NCBI GenBank assembly: GCA_963706595.1
Contig: OY970166.1
Span: 5,184,001-5,248,000, forward strand
From: an uncultured cyanobacterium
GTDB taxonomy: Bacteria > Cyanobacteriota > Cyanobacteriia > Cyanobacteriales > Nostocaceae
Length of the DNA stretch: 64,000 nt
Reading direction: 5' to 3'
Shown here piece by piece: positions 19,851 to 29,734 of the stretch. Numbering within the stretch: the first letter of the stretch is position 1; the number at the start of each line of letters is the position of its first letter. The translations under genes and the position numbers were made by a program. Under the pieces are notes generated by a model that saw only the letters and a program-made list of their open reading frames with translations, ran no database searches and was not told the DNA's origin.

Positions 19851-20405
19851 AATTTCTTTACTCCTATAAAGGATTGCTACCTTCAAGCTACTCTACGAGA
19901 ATATGCTTTTCGTATGTCTAGACGAGCTGAATCTTGAAAAGTTAAGTGCAGCAAAATGCTCTAACAAGTTAACGCACTACAAAAACTCAATGGCTATCAA
20001 GAATACTTCTACGCCTTGAGAATGCTTTTCTCTGCATAACTGCTTACAACATCTGCAAAAACTAGCATTAATAGCAATAATTTTATTTTACCCTAATCTT
20101 GCCTAACTGTGGACATAACAATCCTGAAGTATTTCTCATAATTATAGTATAGTCACTGAACAAAATCCCGAAAATTGGTTTTAAATATTCCAAAGCTATA
20201 GGAATCATATCTAATTTGCTTTCCACCGAGAGGCTCAAATCCCCTACTTCTTAGAGAAATCAGGAATCTTTGGTTTCATAACTTATTTAATATTACTGTA
20301 TTGATGGGTAAGATTTTCAATATTTGCTGATTAGATATGAAAAGTATAGTTTCCCTCACATCTTTCTAAAATTCACATTTGTCTAGCAAGTATTTCTAAT
20401 AAACA

Positions 20406-22277
20406 TCAGTTATTTGATGGATTTATCTGTGTTTTTATCGGCAATTTAATGATAAATTCAGTACCTTGTTGCAATTCTGAGATTACTTCAATTTTACCTT
20501 TGTGTTTGTCAATTATTTGATAACAAATACTTAAACCTAATCCAGTCCCTTTACCTACTGGTTTAGTGGTAAAAAAAGGATTAAATAACTTATGTAAAAT
20601 TTCTGGTGGAATTCCCAAACCGTTATCTTTAATTCTGACTTGGATATAATTAACATCTAACCTGAATGTGTCTATATTAATCTGTTTGTCTGTTTGATTT
20701 TTCTGTTCTATCAGCACATCTATAGCGTTACTTAAAATATTCATAAATACTTGATTTAATTGAGCCGGATAACACTCAATTAAAGGTAAAAACCCATAAT
20801 TTTTAATTATAGCTATTTCATCGTTGATTCTATGATTAAGAATTAGCAGGGTATTATCAATTCCTTCGTGAATATTTACTTCCTTCATCGGGGCTTCATC
20901 TAGGCGGGAAAAATTCCGCAAAGATAAGACAATTTCCCGAATACGTTGAGCGCCCATTTTCATGGAATTAAGTAGGCTTGGTAAATCTTTAATGACAAAA
21001 TCTAAATCTATTTCTGCGGTTTTTTCAGCAATTATCAAACTGGGTTTTGGGTATTCTTCCTGATATAAATTTATTAAATTTACTAAATCTTGAATATAGT
21101 CATTAGCATGTTGAATATTGCCATAAATAAAGTTAACTGGGTTATTTACTTCATGGGCTATACCTGCTACCATCTCTCCCAAAGAAGACATTTTTTCTGT
21201 TTGAATTAATTGTCCTTGGGTTTCTTTCAAATCTTGGAGAATTTTTTGCAGTTCCTGAGTGCGTTCTTCTACTCGTTGCTCTAAATTATGGCGTGCTAAT
21301 TCTAATTCTTGAGTGCGTTCTTCTACCCGTTGCTCTAAATTATGGCGTGCTAATTCTAACTCTTGTGTATAGTCTCCTACCCACTCAACTAATTGATTCA
21401 GGGAAGTAGCGAGAGTCCCAACTTCATCATGACTATTGATATTAGCTCTAAGTTTAAAATTTGATTCTTGCGTAATTCTGATAGCAACTTTAGTCACTAA
21501 TTCTAAAGGACGAGCAATTAATCTACTGGTGTATATTGCCAATGCTGCGGCGATTATACCTGACAGCAACATACTACTGATAATAACTTGTATCCGCAGT
21601 TTTTGAGCTTGTTCAAAGCGAGTATGTGCTTGTTGTTTTTGAATGTCGGCATAACCTATAATCCGAATTAACTCATCTGAAAGTTGATCGAATTTTACAT
21701 CGACATTAGCTTGCTCTTCTTTCTTAAGTAAAATTATTAAATTTGTATAGTTAGAGTTAACTTTTTCTCCAGCAAAGCTATTTTCTTCTACTTCTTTCCA
21801 GAAAGTTTTAACTATTTTAGTATATGTTTTTGTGGTAATATAATAGTTTTTTAAAAGATAGTTAAGTTCTGTTTTATTTATGACTAAATCATCAGAATAA
21901 TTATTAACAAATACTTGGGCTTCATGCAAATTTTCATTAACTATGATTAGTTGATTTTGAAATAAATTCTTTTCAAATTCAAACCAAATTGAATTTTCTA
22001 AAACAGTAGCTAAACGTTGTGGATGTAGCCTGATTCTAGTTACTGAATTTTCCAGATTTTTTAACAGATTTTCCTGCTGATAAGATAGATTTAATTGCTT
22101 ATAGGCATTTGTTTCATTGTTGTATGCAAGCCTCAACCCACTGATTGTACCGATAAAAAAAATGCCAATTGCTAAAGTATAGCCATAACTAATTTTCTTG
22201 GCAATATTCCAGCGATCGCTTAAGTGCTTTAGCCAAATAATTCTTTTTTTAAATTGATTTTTATACTCTGTAATCAT
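20406..22277 (-). CDS. Membrane HAMP-domain sensor histidine kinase
   Basis: Two TMs around a periplasmic domain, HAMP (DEVGTLATSLN), H-box AGIAHEVNNP, N/G/F boxes. Confidence 0.92.
   Translation of the reverse strand: MITEYKNQFKKRIIWLKHLSDRWNIAKKISYGYTLAIGIFFIGTISGLRLAYNNETNAYKQLNLSYQQENLLKNLENSVTRIRLHPQRLATVLENSIWFEFEKNLFQNQLIIVNENLHEAQVFVNNYSDDLVINKTELNYLLKNYYITTKTYTKIVKTFWKEVEENSFAGEKVNSNYTNLIILLKKEEQANVDVKFDQLSDELIRIIGYADIQKQQAHTRFEQAQKLRIQVIISSMLLSGIIAAALAIYTSRLIARPLELVTKVAIRITQESNFKLRANINSHDEVGTLATSLNQLVEWVGDYTQELELARHNLEQRVEERTQELELARHNLEQRVEERTQELQKILQDLKETQGQLIQTEKMSSLGEMVAGIAHEVNNPVNFIYGNIQHANDYIQDLVNLINLYQEEYPKPSLIIAEKTAEIDLDFVIKDLPSLLNSMKMGAQRIREIVLSLRNFSRLDEAPMKEVNIHEGIDNTLLILNHRINDEIAIIKNYGFLPLIECYPAQLNQVFMNILSNAIDVLIEQKNQTDKQINIDTFRLDVNYIQVRIKDNGLGIPPEILHKLFNPFFTTKPVGKGTGLGLSICYQIIDKHKGKIEVISELQQGTEFIIKLPIKTQINPSNN
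21256..21363. repeat. 54-bp in-frame tandem duplication in the kinase coiled coil
   Basis: TQELELARHNLEQRVEER twice, near-identical DNA. Confidence 0.85.
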
Positions 22278-22296
22278 GCATTTGTCTTTAACTTGA

Positions 22297-23187
22297 TTAG
22301 AGAAAACTTCCCTGGCCTATTTTTTGATAAACTTCACGAATTATATTGTAATCAGCATCATTAGCTGGGAGAAATTTGGCTCCTCGATAAGGTTGGTTAA
22401 CTGGAGCAACTAGCAAACTTTCAAGGAGTTTATCTTGATGTTTCAGCATCTGCGATCGCACATTTTTTATCGTGTTATTATCCAACTTGTTATTCATCAC
22501 AAACACATCACTAGGAAGCAGTTTTCCTTGAGCGATTACAGAAAAATCTTTCTCGGAGAAACCTTCAGATTCTAAGGCTGTTTTGTATCGATCAGATGCA
22601 ATTGTCCAAGCATCTACCTCACCTTTCTTTAAAGCTTGGATTCCCTGATCACCTAACATCAAAATCTTGAGATCAGTATTTGGATTTAATCCCGCATCTA
22701 TCAGCATCTTGGTCGGAGCCAAATGTCCAGAAGTCGAACCAATTCTTCGCATAGCAATTGTTTTGCCTTTCAGTTGAGCTAATGATGCAATTTTGCTATC
22801 AGCACGGACAACAATCATGGGATAATAATTAAGCCGTTGGATAGCAATGAGCGGAATAGCCTGAGCGCGAGAATTGAAAATTACGTATTCTGACGGACCA
22901 GCCAAGACAATATCTACTTGACCAAATTGTAATGCTGGTGCTGCTGCTGTGCGATTTTCCACGGGAAAAAATTCAATGGTTATGCCCAATACTTCTGCCA
23001 ATGTAGTGCGAAAGGCTCCATAACCGCGCTGTAAATCTTCAAGACCAGTAGCATCTGCAACTGCAAATTTGAGACTTTTAGATGTGGAGTTTTCTAAGTT
23101 AAACAAACTAGTATCCACAGGGCGAACGCCGATTGTACAACCGCCAATGAACAGGACAAAATTACCAACTAATTTGCGCCTTTTCAT
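22297..23187 (-). CDS. PhnD-like phosphate/phosphite/phosphonate substrate-binding protein
   Basis: Lipobox-like IGGC, GPSEYV, GSTSGH anion-binding motif, D.DY..IR C-terminus. Confidence 0.85.
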   Translation of the reverse strand: MKRRKLVGNFVLFIGGCTIGVRPVDTSLFNLENSTSKSLKFAVADATGLEDLQRGYGAFRTTLAEVLGITIEFFPVENRTAAAPALQFGQVDIVLAGPSEYVIFNSRAQAIPLIAIQRLNYYPMIVVRADSKIASLAQLKGKTIAMRRIGSTSGHLAPTKMLIDAGLNPNTDLKILMLGDQGIQALKKGEVDAWTIASDRYKTALESEGFSEKDFSVIAQGKLLPSDVFVMNNKLDNNTIKNVRSQMLKHQDKLLESLLVAPVNQPYRGAKFLPANDADYNIIREVYQKIGQGSFL

Positions 23188-23593
23188 AAGTATTATTAAT
23201 TTTAATAATAATTAACTGCCTTGAGGTAGATAATTTGATAATAAGTTTAATTAAGAGAGTATAATTTTTTATTCTTAATTTCTACTGTAAATTTACTGAA
23301 TATTATAATTTTAATGATGGGCATTCAGAAAATTTGCTGAATCAGCTAATTTTTGATCAGATTTTAACCATTGATTAGTTGATTAAATAAATGTCCAAGG
23401 TTAAGAAAAGGTTATTAACGAATCAGGTAATTACAAATAAGAAAAGATCCACCAGCTTTTCGGGGGATAGTTGTTGCACTGTCTGCACCATTTGCTAACA
23501 TCCGGCGGATATTTGTAGACCGACCAAATGAATAACTGAATTTTGGCAGTTCACTTAACAATATTTGGGGATGAATTGAATTACACAAAAATT

Positions 23594-23795
23594 TATAGTC
23601 ATCCGCTTTGATTTTTGGTGGGGAGTGGGGAGTGGGGAGTGGGGAGTGGGGAGTAGGGAGTGAGGAGTGGGGAGTGGGGAGTGGGGAGTGGGGAGTAGGG
23701 AGTGAGGAGTGGGGAGTGGGGAATGGGGAAAGAGAAAAAACCTTTTGAGTTGTAGTTGTACTGCATAAATTCAGAAATCAAATAGGAGTCTTATA
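23594..23795. mobile_element. MITE family B copy carrying an STRR (GGGGAGT)n array
   Basis: TATAGTCATCCGCTTTGAT...(GGGGAGT)n...ATCAAATAGGAGTCTTATA; same ends as 44228-44354. Confidence 0.65.
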
Positions 23796-23810
23796 GTCCC
23801 TGAGATAGTG

Positions 23811-24134
23811 TTAGAATATTTTGTCACTAGCAGCCAATTGTCTGGGTTCGTAGTGACGGCAATCTTGACAGGGACCACTGGGGTTAACAGCACAGCGCAT
23901 ATAACCGGACCGAGCATTAAATTTGCAACTGATATCGCCAATGAGATAACCCACTCCTTCTAAATAATAGCGATCGCTCTCAGTCGGTCTAATGCTCTCT
24001 CGGATGCGTCTTGGGGATAAATTTGTAGCGGCTGTCATCCGCAAGCGTGTGCGCCTATGGGTTTTACGGATTACCCACAGGGAAAACAGGGACGGTAACA
24101 AACCAATGGTAATCACGAAAAGTGTCTTTAACAC
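23811..24134 (-). CDS. DUF6464-like small membrane protein with a Cys-rich tail
   Basis: N-terminal TM; IGDISCKFNARS.Y.RCAVNP.GPC..C. Confidence 0.75.
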   Translation of the reverse strand: MLKTLFVITIGLLPSLFSLWVIRKTHRRTRLRMTAATNLSPRRIRESIRPTESDRYYLEGVGYLIGDISCKFNARSGYMRCAVNPSGPCQDCRHYEPRQLAASDKIF

Positions 24135-24336
24135 CTGATCTTTACCTCTTTTACGCGCTGACTACTCTTTCCTGATGTTACACAGCATTTCCCCACTCGG
24201 AAAATTAGCGGCAGATTGCAATGCCAGTATGCCATCTGGTAAGTTTGGGAAGAAGTGCTAGTCCACTGCAATTAGCATAACTATAAAGTATTTTTAGGTG
24301 CGAACTGACAGCACAAGCGATCGCGGGAGGCAAAAA

Positions 24337-25077
24337 ATGGGTTTGGCTGGGTTAAGAATTGTGTTGATGGAACCGGCTGGTCCCATGAATGTGGGGTCAA
24401 TCGCTAGGGTAATGAAAAATTTTGGTTTACATAATTTAGTAATAGTCAATCCCCAATGCGATCCGGTGGGGGAAGAAGCTTTGAAAATGGCAGTTCATGC
24501 TCAGGAAATTTTAGAATCTGCGGTATTGGCAACAAGTTTACCAGAAGCATTGCAGGGGTGTGTCCGAGCGATCGCCACCACAGCTCGTGTGCGTGATTGG
24601 CAAACACCGTTAGAAAATCCCCGCACAGCCCTACCTTGGTTACTAGAGTCACCAGAGTCACCCGCAGCCTTGATTTTTGGCAGAGAAGACCGGGGATTAA
24701 CGAATGAAGAATTAAATTATGCCCAGCGATTTGTCCGCATTCCTACAAGTGACAATTATTCAGCCCTAAATTTAGCTTCAGCCGTGGGTATCTGTTGTTA
24801 TGAACTGGCACAATATACAGCACCACCGACCACCCCACCCCCAAGCCAAGCTGAACTGGCATCTTTAGATATTCTAGAAACCTACTACCAGGAATTAGAA
24901 TCTCTATTACTAGATATTGGTTATTTATATCCACATACAGCCCTAACTCGCATGGCCAAATTCCGGCAATTGTATAATCGCGCTCACCTGCAAACAAAGG
25001 AAGTAGGAATGCTGCGAGGAATTTTGCGACAAATAGAATGGGCGCTTAAAAGCCGGAGTAATCAAGAAAACTTGTGA
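24337..25077 (+). CDS. TrmJ/TrmH (SPOUT) RNA methyltransferase
   Basis: NVGSIARVMKNFG, FGREDRGLTNEEL, LNLASAV; start at ATG 24337 after GGGAGG. Confidence 0.9.
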   Translation: MGLAGLRIVLMEPAGPMNVGSIARVMKNFGLHNLVIVNPQCDPVGEEALKMAVHAQEILESAVLATSLPEALQGCVRAIATTARVRDWQTPLENPRTALPWLLESPESPAALIFGREDRGLTNEELNYAQRFVRIPTSDNYSALNLASAVGICCYELAQYTAPPTTPPPSQAELASLDILETYYQELESLLLDIGYLYPHTALTRMAKFRQLYNRAHLQTKEVGMLRGILRQIEWALKSRSNQENL

Positions 25078-25331
25078 TTCATTGTTGAAGGAAACACCAA
25101 ATAAATTCCCCAAAAACAGTCTAAATCCTGGGTTACGGCGCAACTTGTGCAAATCTTAATCTTGCTCATCTGAATCTTGTCCGCTTAACTCAACCTGCAA
25201 ATTAGAAATTTTTTACTTGCTAATTCCTAATCTGTCAGAAATAATCGCCCCAAAAATAGTTAATATGGCTTAAACTAAACACAAAAAGGCTACTGTGTGA
25301 TTTCCGCATCCAGCTGCTTCATTGGTGAGTT

Positions 25332-26837
25332 TTGGGTCGGGAGTCTGCTGGAAAACATTCGAGTGGGTCACAAGGAGTAACAGTGTCAGAGTCAAGTGAC
25401 AAACTAAAAAATTTCTCACGGGGTCAACCCACAAACCGCCGTCCGCGTCCGAGTCAAGGACAAAAAGTGGGCAAGAAAAAAGTCAAAATACCACTACAGC
25501 CACAGCGTTCTACCAAAAAAGAAGTAGCTTTAACGCGGGTTAACCAGAATATGATCCCTCCTCCTCCGGCGACTGCGGTCAAGAGGTTAAAACCAGGGCT
25601 AGTCATGCCAGCCGCCGTGAAACCCATTGGGTATATGAATGGGATGACACCAGCTTTCAATCCCAACACAGTCAAATTTAAGACCGTGCGGGTACAGAAA
25701 CCAGCTATGCCAACAATGGGTAGACGAGTGTCGCGCAAAACCCGGTTAAAGCCAATGGCCAGAACCATGTTATATGCTTTGCGCTTGTTGATTGTGGGAG
25801 TCGGTATCGGTGCGATTATGGGTACGATCTTGTCAGTCTTTGACCCTGCGACTCGGATGCCCAGTAATTCGGCGGCACAATCTCATAATGCTGGCACACA
25901 GCCACAAAGTATCCCCAATCCTGCGGCTGGCTTATACTTATCTCAGGAAATTACCCCTTTGAAAGATGCCGTACAAACTTTGGCAACGGCAAACTCTAAT
26001 CTGACACTTGGCGTTTTCTTTGTTGATTTAGATACTGGTAGCTACGTAGATGTGAATAGCGCCACCAGTTTCTCTGCGGCTAGTACAATCAAAGTGCCGA
26101 TTCTGATCGCTTTTTTCCAAGATGTGGATGCCGGCAAAATCCGCCTGGATGAAATGCTGACGATGGAAAAAGATATGGTCAGTGGTGGTTCGGGAAATCT
26201 GCAATTCCAAAAAGTGGGTAGCCAGTACACTGTACTGGAAGTCGCAACTCGAATGAGTACAATCAGCGATAACACAGCTACCAATATGCTGATTGCCCGA
26301 CTAGGAGGAATGGAGGCGTTGAATCAGCGTTTTCAAAGTTGGGGATTGGCAGCTACGGCAATTCGGAATCCCCTGCCAGATTTAACCGGAACAAACACCA
26401 CCAGCCCCAGAGAATTGGCAAATCTCATGGCTATGGTGAATCAGGGAAATTTGGTGAGTATGCGATCGCGCGATCTGATCCTTGATATTATGCGCCGTAC
26501 AGAGCGAGATCATCTGCTACCTTCCGGCTTAGGCGCAGGGGCAAGAATACACCATAAAACGGGTGATATTGGCACTATGCTGGGTGATGTGGGTTTGATT
26601 GATATCCCCACTGGCAAGCGCTACATCGCGGCTGTGATGGTACAACGCCCCAATAATGACCCGGCAGCAGAAAAACTAATTAGCGCCATTTCTAGCGCTG
26701 CTTACCAACAATTTAGCCAGAGTATTGCACCCAATCCCGTGATGAATCCTCCAGCACCTAACAGCATGGGCAACCCTGTGCTGCCAAATGCTACTCAAGC
26801 CCCATTCACCACTCCACAAAATTTCCCTTCCAGATAA
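25332..26837 (+). CDS. Class A beta-lactamase-like serine hydrolase with N-terminal extension and TM anchor
   Basis: ASTIK (SxxK), SDN and HKTG motifs; true start may be the GTG near 25383. Confidence 0.85.
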   Translation: MGRESAGKHSSGSQGVTVSESSDKLKNFSRGQPTNRRPRPSQGQKVGKKKVKIPLQPQRSTKKEVALTRVNQNMIPPPPATAVKRLKPGLVMPAAVKPIGYMNGMTPAFNPNTVKFKTVRVQKPAMPTMGRRVSRKTRLKPMARTMLYALRLLIVGVGIGAIMGTILSVFDPATRMPSNSAAQSHNAGTQPQSIPNPAAGLYLSQEITPLKDAVQTLATANSNLTLGVFFVDLDTGSYVDVNSATSFSAASTIKVPILIAFFQDVDAGKIRLDEMLTMEKDMVSGGSGNLQFQKVGSQYTVLEVATRMSTISDNTATNMLIARLGGMEALNQRFQSWGLAATAIRNPLPDLTGTNTTSPRELANLMAMVNQGNLVSMRSRDLILDIMRRTERDHLLPSGLGAGARIHHKTGDIGTMLGDVGLIDIPTGKRYIAAVMVQRPNNDPAAEKLISAISSAAYQQFSQSIAPNPVMNPPAPNSMGNPVLPNATQAPFTTPQNFPSR

Positions 26838-26878
26838 GTCCCTGCCTACTAATCTCAACAAGTGTCGTACTATAGGAA

Positions 26879-27028
26879 CTAGGGCGTGTTTTCAAAGTCT
26901 AAACTTAGGTTGGGTTAAGCGCAGCGCAACCCAACGAAGCAAACCAAATATTGGGTAAAGTTGGGTTTCCCAAAACCTCAACCCAACCTACATTTACGTC
27001 TAATTTTGGGTTTTAAAACAGTCCGTAG
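26879..27028. repeat. Composite palindromic / REP-like element
   Basis: TAGGTTGGGTT...AACCCAAC and GTTGGGTTT...AACCCAACCTAC hairpins inside CTAGGGCGTGTTTTCAAA...TTTTAAAACAGTCCGTAG ends. Confidence 0.55.
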
Positions 27029-27118
27029 TACATTAGACATCTCCAATAAAGAATGTAGAGACCTTCCACCAAACGTCCCTACAACGGTTCTGTGATAACG
27101 CACACGTGAATCTGAAAT

Positions 27119-27586
27119 ATGTCCGACACGCTATATGATCGCGATTTACAATTATGGATTTCGCAAACGATTCAGCAGTTACAGAATCATCAATTTGGGT
27201 CGCTGGATATTGAGCATTTGATTGAGGAACTAATTGATTTGGGTAAGTCAGAGAGGAATACACTCAGAAGCAATCTCAAAATCTTGTTGGCTCACTTACT
27301 CAAATTAAAGATTCAGCATGATGTACCTGATTTGATGCAAGCAAGTTGGTACAGTTCAGTCGTGGAACATCGTCAGCGAGTTCTCGACAATCTGGCAGAT
27401 ACCCCATCTCTCAAAAGTTTTTTGGTCGAAGCTGTGGAAAAAGCCTATCCTGATGCCCGTAAGTTAGCAATTAAGGAAGGTAAATTTGCTAAATTTGGGG
27501 TTCGTATACCGGAGGAGAGTGAGTATCCCCTAACCTGTCCTTTTGCCATTGAGCAAATTATGGATGAGGATTTTTACGGGACTTGA
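27119..27586 (+). CDS. DUF29 family protein
   Basis: LYDRD..LW, LDIEHLIEEL.DLGKSE, LLAHLLK, CPFAIEQI. Confidence 0.9.
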   Translation: MSDTLYDRDLQLWISQTIQQLQNHQFGSLDIEHLIEELIDLGKSERNTLRSNLKILLAHLLKLKIQHDVPDLMQASWYSSVVEHRQRVLDNLADTPSLKSFLVEAVEKAYPDARKLAIKEGKFAKFGVRIPEESEYPLTCPFAIEQIMDEDFYGT

Positions 27587-27618
27587 AAACTGCTATATAA
27601 AACCACATCTTTTGTTAT

Positions 27619-28737
27619 TTAACACTTCTGATATCGCATTCCGGGAAGTTGGGAAACTAAACCCATGAGTTCCAACTGTAATAATGCACTAGAAACTGAA
27701 CCAGTATTCATCCCGGTTTTTTGAACAAGATAATCCAAGGACAAAACATCACAGGCGATCGCATCCATAACTTGTTGCAGTTCTGGTGATAAATCCGGCA
27801 GCTTGATTGGTTCTGCAATTGGCAATGGGTCAATTGTATCAATTTTCGGGATTGCTCCCAGCATTTTTAGCAGTTCGTCTAGTTCCTTGAGAATTAAAGA
27901 AGCACCTTGATTGATTAATTTTAAACATCCTTGAGATGGATAATCATCGATTTTTCCCGGTAATGCATAAACATCTCGACCAAATTCATTGGCGTAAGCA
28001 GCCGTAATTAACGCCCCAGACCTCACCGGCGCTTCCATGACCAAAACCGCACGGCTTAAACCTGCAATAATTCGATTCCGGCGGGGAAAGTGAGTGCGAT
28101 CGGGTGGGGTTTTGGCTGAATATTCACTCACGACTAAGCCTTGACTCAAAATCTGCTTGTACAAATCCCGATTTTTGGGTGGGTAGATCACATCGACACC
28201 AGTCCCTAAAACTGCGATTGTTCTTCCCCCGGCTTTCATCGTCGCCAGATGGCTTTCTGTATCGATTCCCTCCGCCATCCCAGATACAACTGTAAAGCCA
28301 TTTTTAGCCAAAGCTGTACTAATTTGGCGCGTCCAACGCAGACCATATTCTGAAGGGCGGCGCGTCCCGACAATCCCCACCAAGGGTTTTTGTCCCAGAT
28401 TTTCTAGCAGTTCAACTTCACCACGATAGTACAAAATTGGCGGTGGACTGGGAGTTTCCAGAAGTAACCGGGGATAATCTGCGTCGGCTGGTGTCCAGAA
28501 ATTGGGGTTTTCTTGCTGGTGTTGGGTGAGTAATTGTTGTGGATGTAGACGCGATCGCTGTTCAAAGACTTTCTCCAATGTCTGAAACCCAAAACCTTCA
28601 ACTTCTCCTAACTGGGCTTTGGTAGCATTCCAAGCTGTGGCTAGCGTGCCGAAATGCTGGTGTAACCGTCGCAGTAACACAGGTCCTACCCCAGAAATTC
28701 GCGTCCAAGCTAGCCAATATGCTCTTTCTTCTACCAC
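27619..28737 (-). CDS. dprA: DNA-processing protein DprA
   Basis: IVGTR, VVSGMAEGID, FPRRNRIIAGL, SGALITA, C-terminal winged helix. Confidence 0.95.
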   Translation of the reverse strand: MVEERAYWLAWTRISGVGPVLLRRLHQHFGTLATAWNATKAQLGEVEGFGFQTLEKVFEQRSRLHPQQLLTQHQQENPNFWTPADADYPRLLLETPSPPPILYYRGEVELLENLGQKPLVGIVGTRRPSEYGLRWTRQISTALAKNGFTVVSGMAEGIDTESHLATMKAGGRTIAVLGTGVDVIYPPKNRDLYKQILSQGLVVSEYSAKTPPDRTHFPRRNRIIAGLSRAVLVMEAPVRSGALITAAYANEFGRDVYALPGKIDDYPSQGCLKLINQGASLILKELDELLKMLGAIPKIDTIDPLPIAEPIKLPDLSPELQQVMDAIACDVLSLDYLVQKTGMNTGSVSSALLQLELMGLVSQLPGMRYQKC

Positions 28738-28841
28738 TATGCTATCCTCACACCTACTTCATAGAGTATGCCCAAATGAGGTTTGTCTATCACTGAGAGC
28801 AATTACTACGAGTTAAATTAGAATAATTTTACATTGCTTAT

Positions 28842-28907
28842 ATCATAGCCCCCTCCTCGCCAGAGGGGGTGGGGTTCTTATATCTCACTCAACTGAGAAC
28901 CGCTATA
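28842..28907 (-). mobile_element. MITE family A copy (partial)
   Basis: ATCATAGCCCCCTCCTCGCCAGAGGGGG...AACCGCTATA. Confidence 0.7.
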
Positions 28908-29124
28908 CTTGGTTTGCCGCGATCATTTGCAGTAATTTCATATATTAATAAGTCTGCCTGTTGAGGAAATATTTAAAGCTGCAATTATAGATTATATAAT
29001 TTTATTTTGGTGATGAATCTAAATTCCAGATAGCCTAATTATCTAATAAGTTTAAATTCCCGACTTCTTGATGAAATCGGGAATCTGGTTGCTTAGGAAT
29101 TATTGAGAAACTTCTGAGCAGCCA

Positions 29125-29382
29125 TTAGTATTCATAACTGAATGACTTAGCTAGCATGGTAACATGACCAATGGCATAAGTGGCGACAAATGCCTCAGCT
29201 AGCTTAGTCAGGATTGAAAAATCTCTAACAGGATTGTAGGGAGCAGCACCAGATTCAGTATGAGCAGAACTATCTCCACCGGAAATAAAATCTACATCGT
29301 TTAATTCATTGAGAAAGCTTTCAGAATCTTGAAACAATTCAGAACCAGTAGCGTTTAGTTCGTAAAGATTGATAGTTGCCAT
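29125..29382 (-). CDS. Small protein with double-glycine-type leader (putative RiPP/bacteriocin precursor)
   Basis: MATINLYELNATGSELFQDSESFLNELNDVDFISGG, then a 49-aa core; GAGGAG ribosome-binding site. Confidence 0.65.
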   Translation of the reverse strand: MATINLYELNATGSELFQDSESFLNELNDVDFISGGDSSAHTESGAAPYNPVRDFSILTKLAEAFVATYAIGHVTMLAKSFSYEY

Positions 29383-29574
29383 ATTATTAGCTCCTCGATT
29401 ATATGTTGCGAGTTGATGAACTTGGTAAACAATTAAGCTAGGTTTTGCTGAACTGTTACTGCTAGTTTTAGTTGTAATTTTTCAAAAAATCAAGTACGAA
29501 AAGCTTTAAAAATAGACATATTATCAGGTGTTTTGTCTGGAATTAATAGCCAGATTTTTCTGGTTTTGGTTGTC

Positions 29575-29668
29575 TATAGCGGTTATCAGTTAAGTCAGAT
29601 ACAAGAACCCCACCCCCTCTGGCGAGGAGGGGGCTATGATGTACTTCATTCAAGTGCATACCGCTATA
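29575..29668 (+). mobile_element. MITE family A complete copy
   Basis: Terminal inverted repeats TATAGCGGT...ACCGCTATA, TA at both ends, internal GC hairpin. Confidence 0.8.
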
Positions 29669-29734
29669 AAATCATTGCCTACCGCTAAAGAACCCCAAAG
29701 CGTTACCCTAGAGACTAGATACACAAAATAGATC

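Noticed and set aside
25332..26837. Acquired antibiotic-resistance beta-lactamase
   Set aside because: Membrane-anchored serine hydrolase with a long basic N-terminus in a core context and no mobile-element signature
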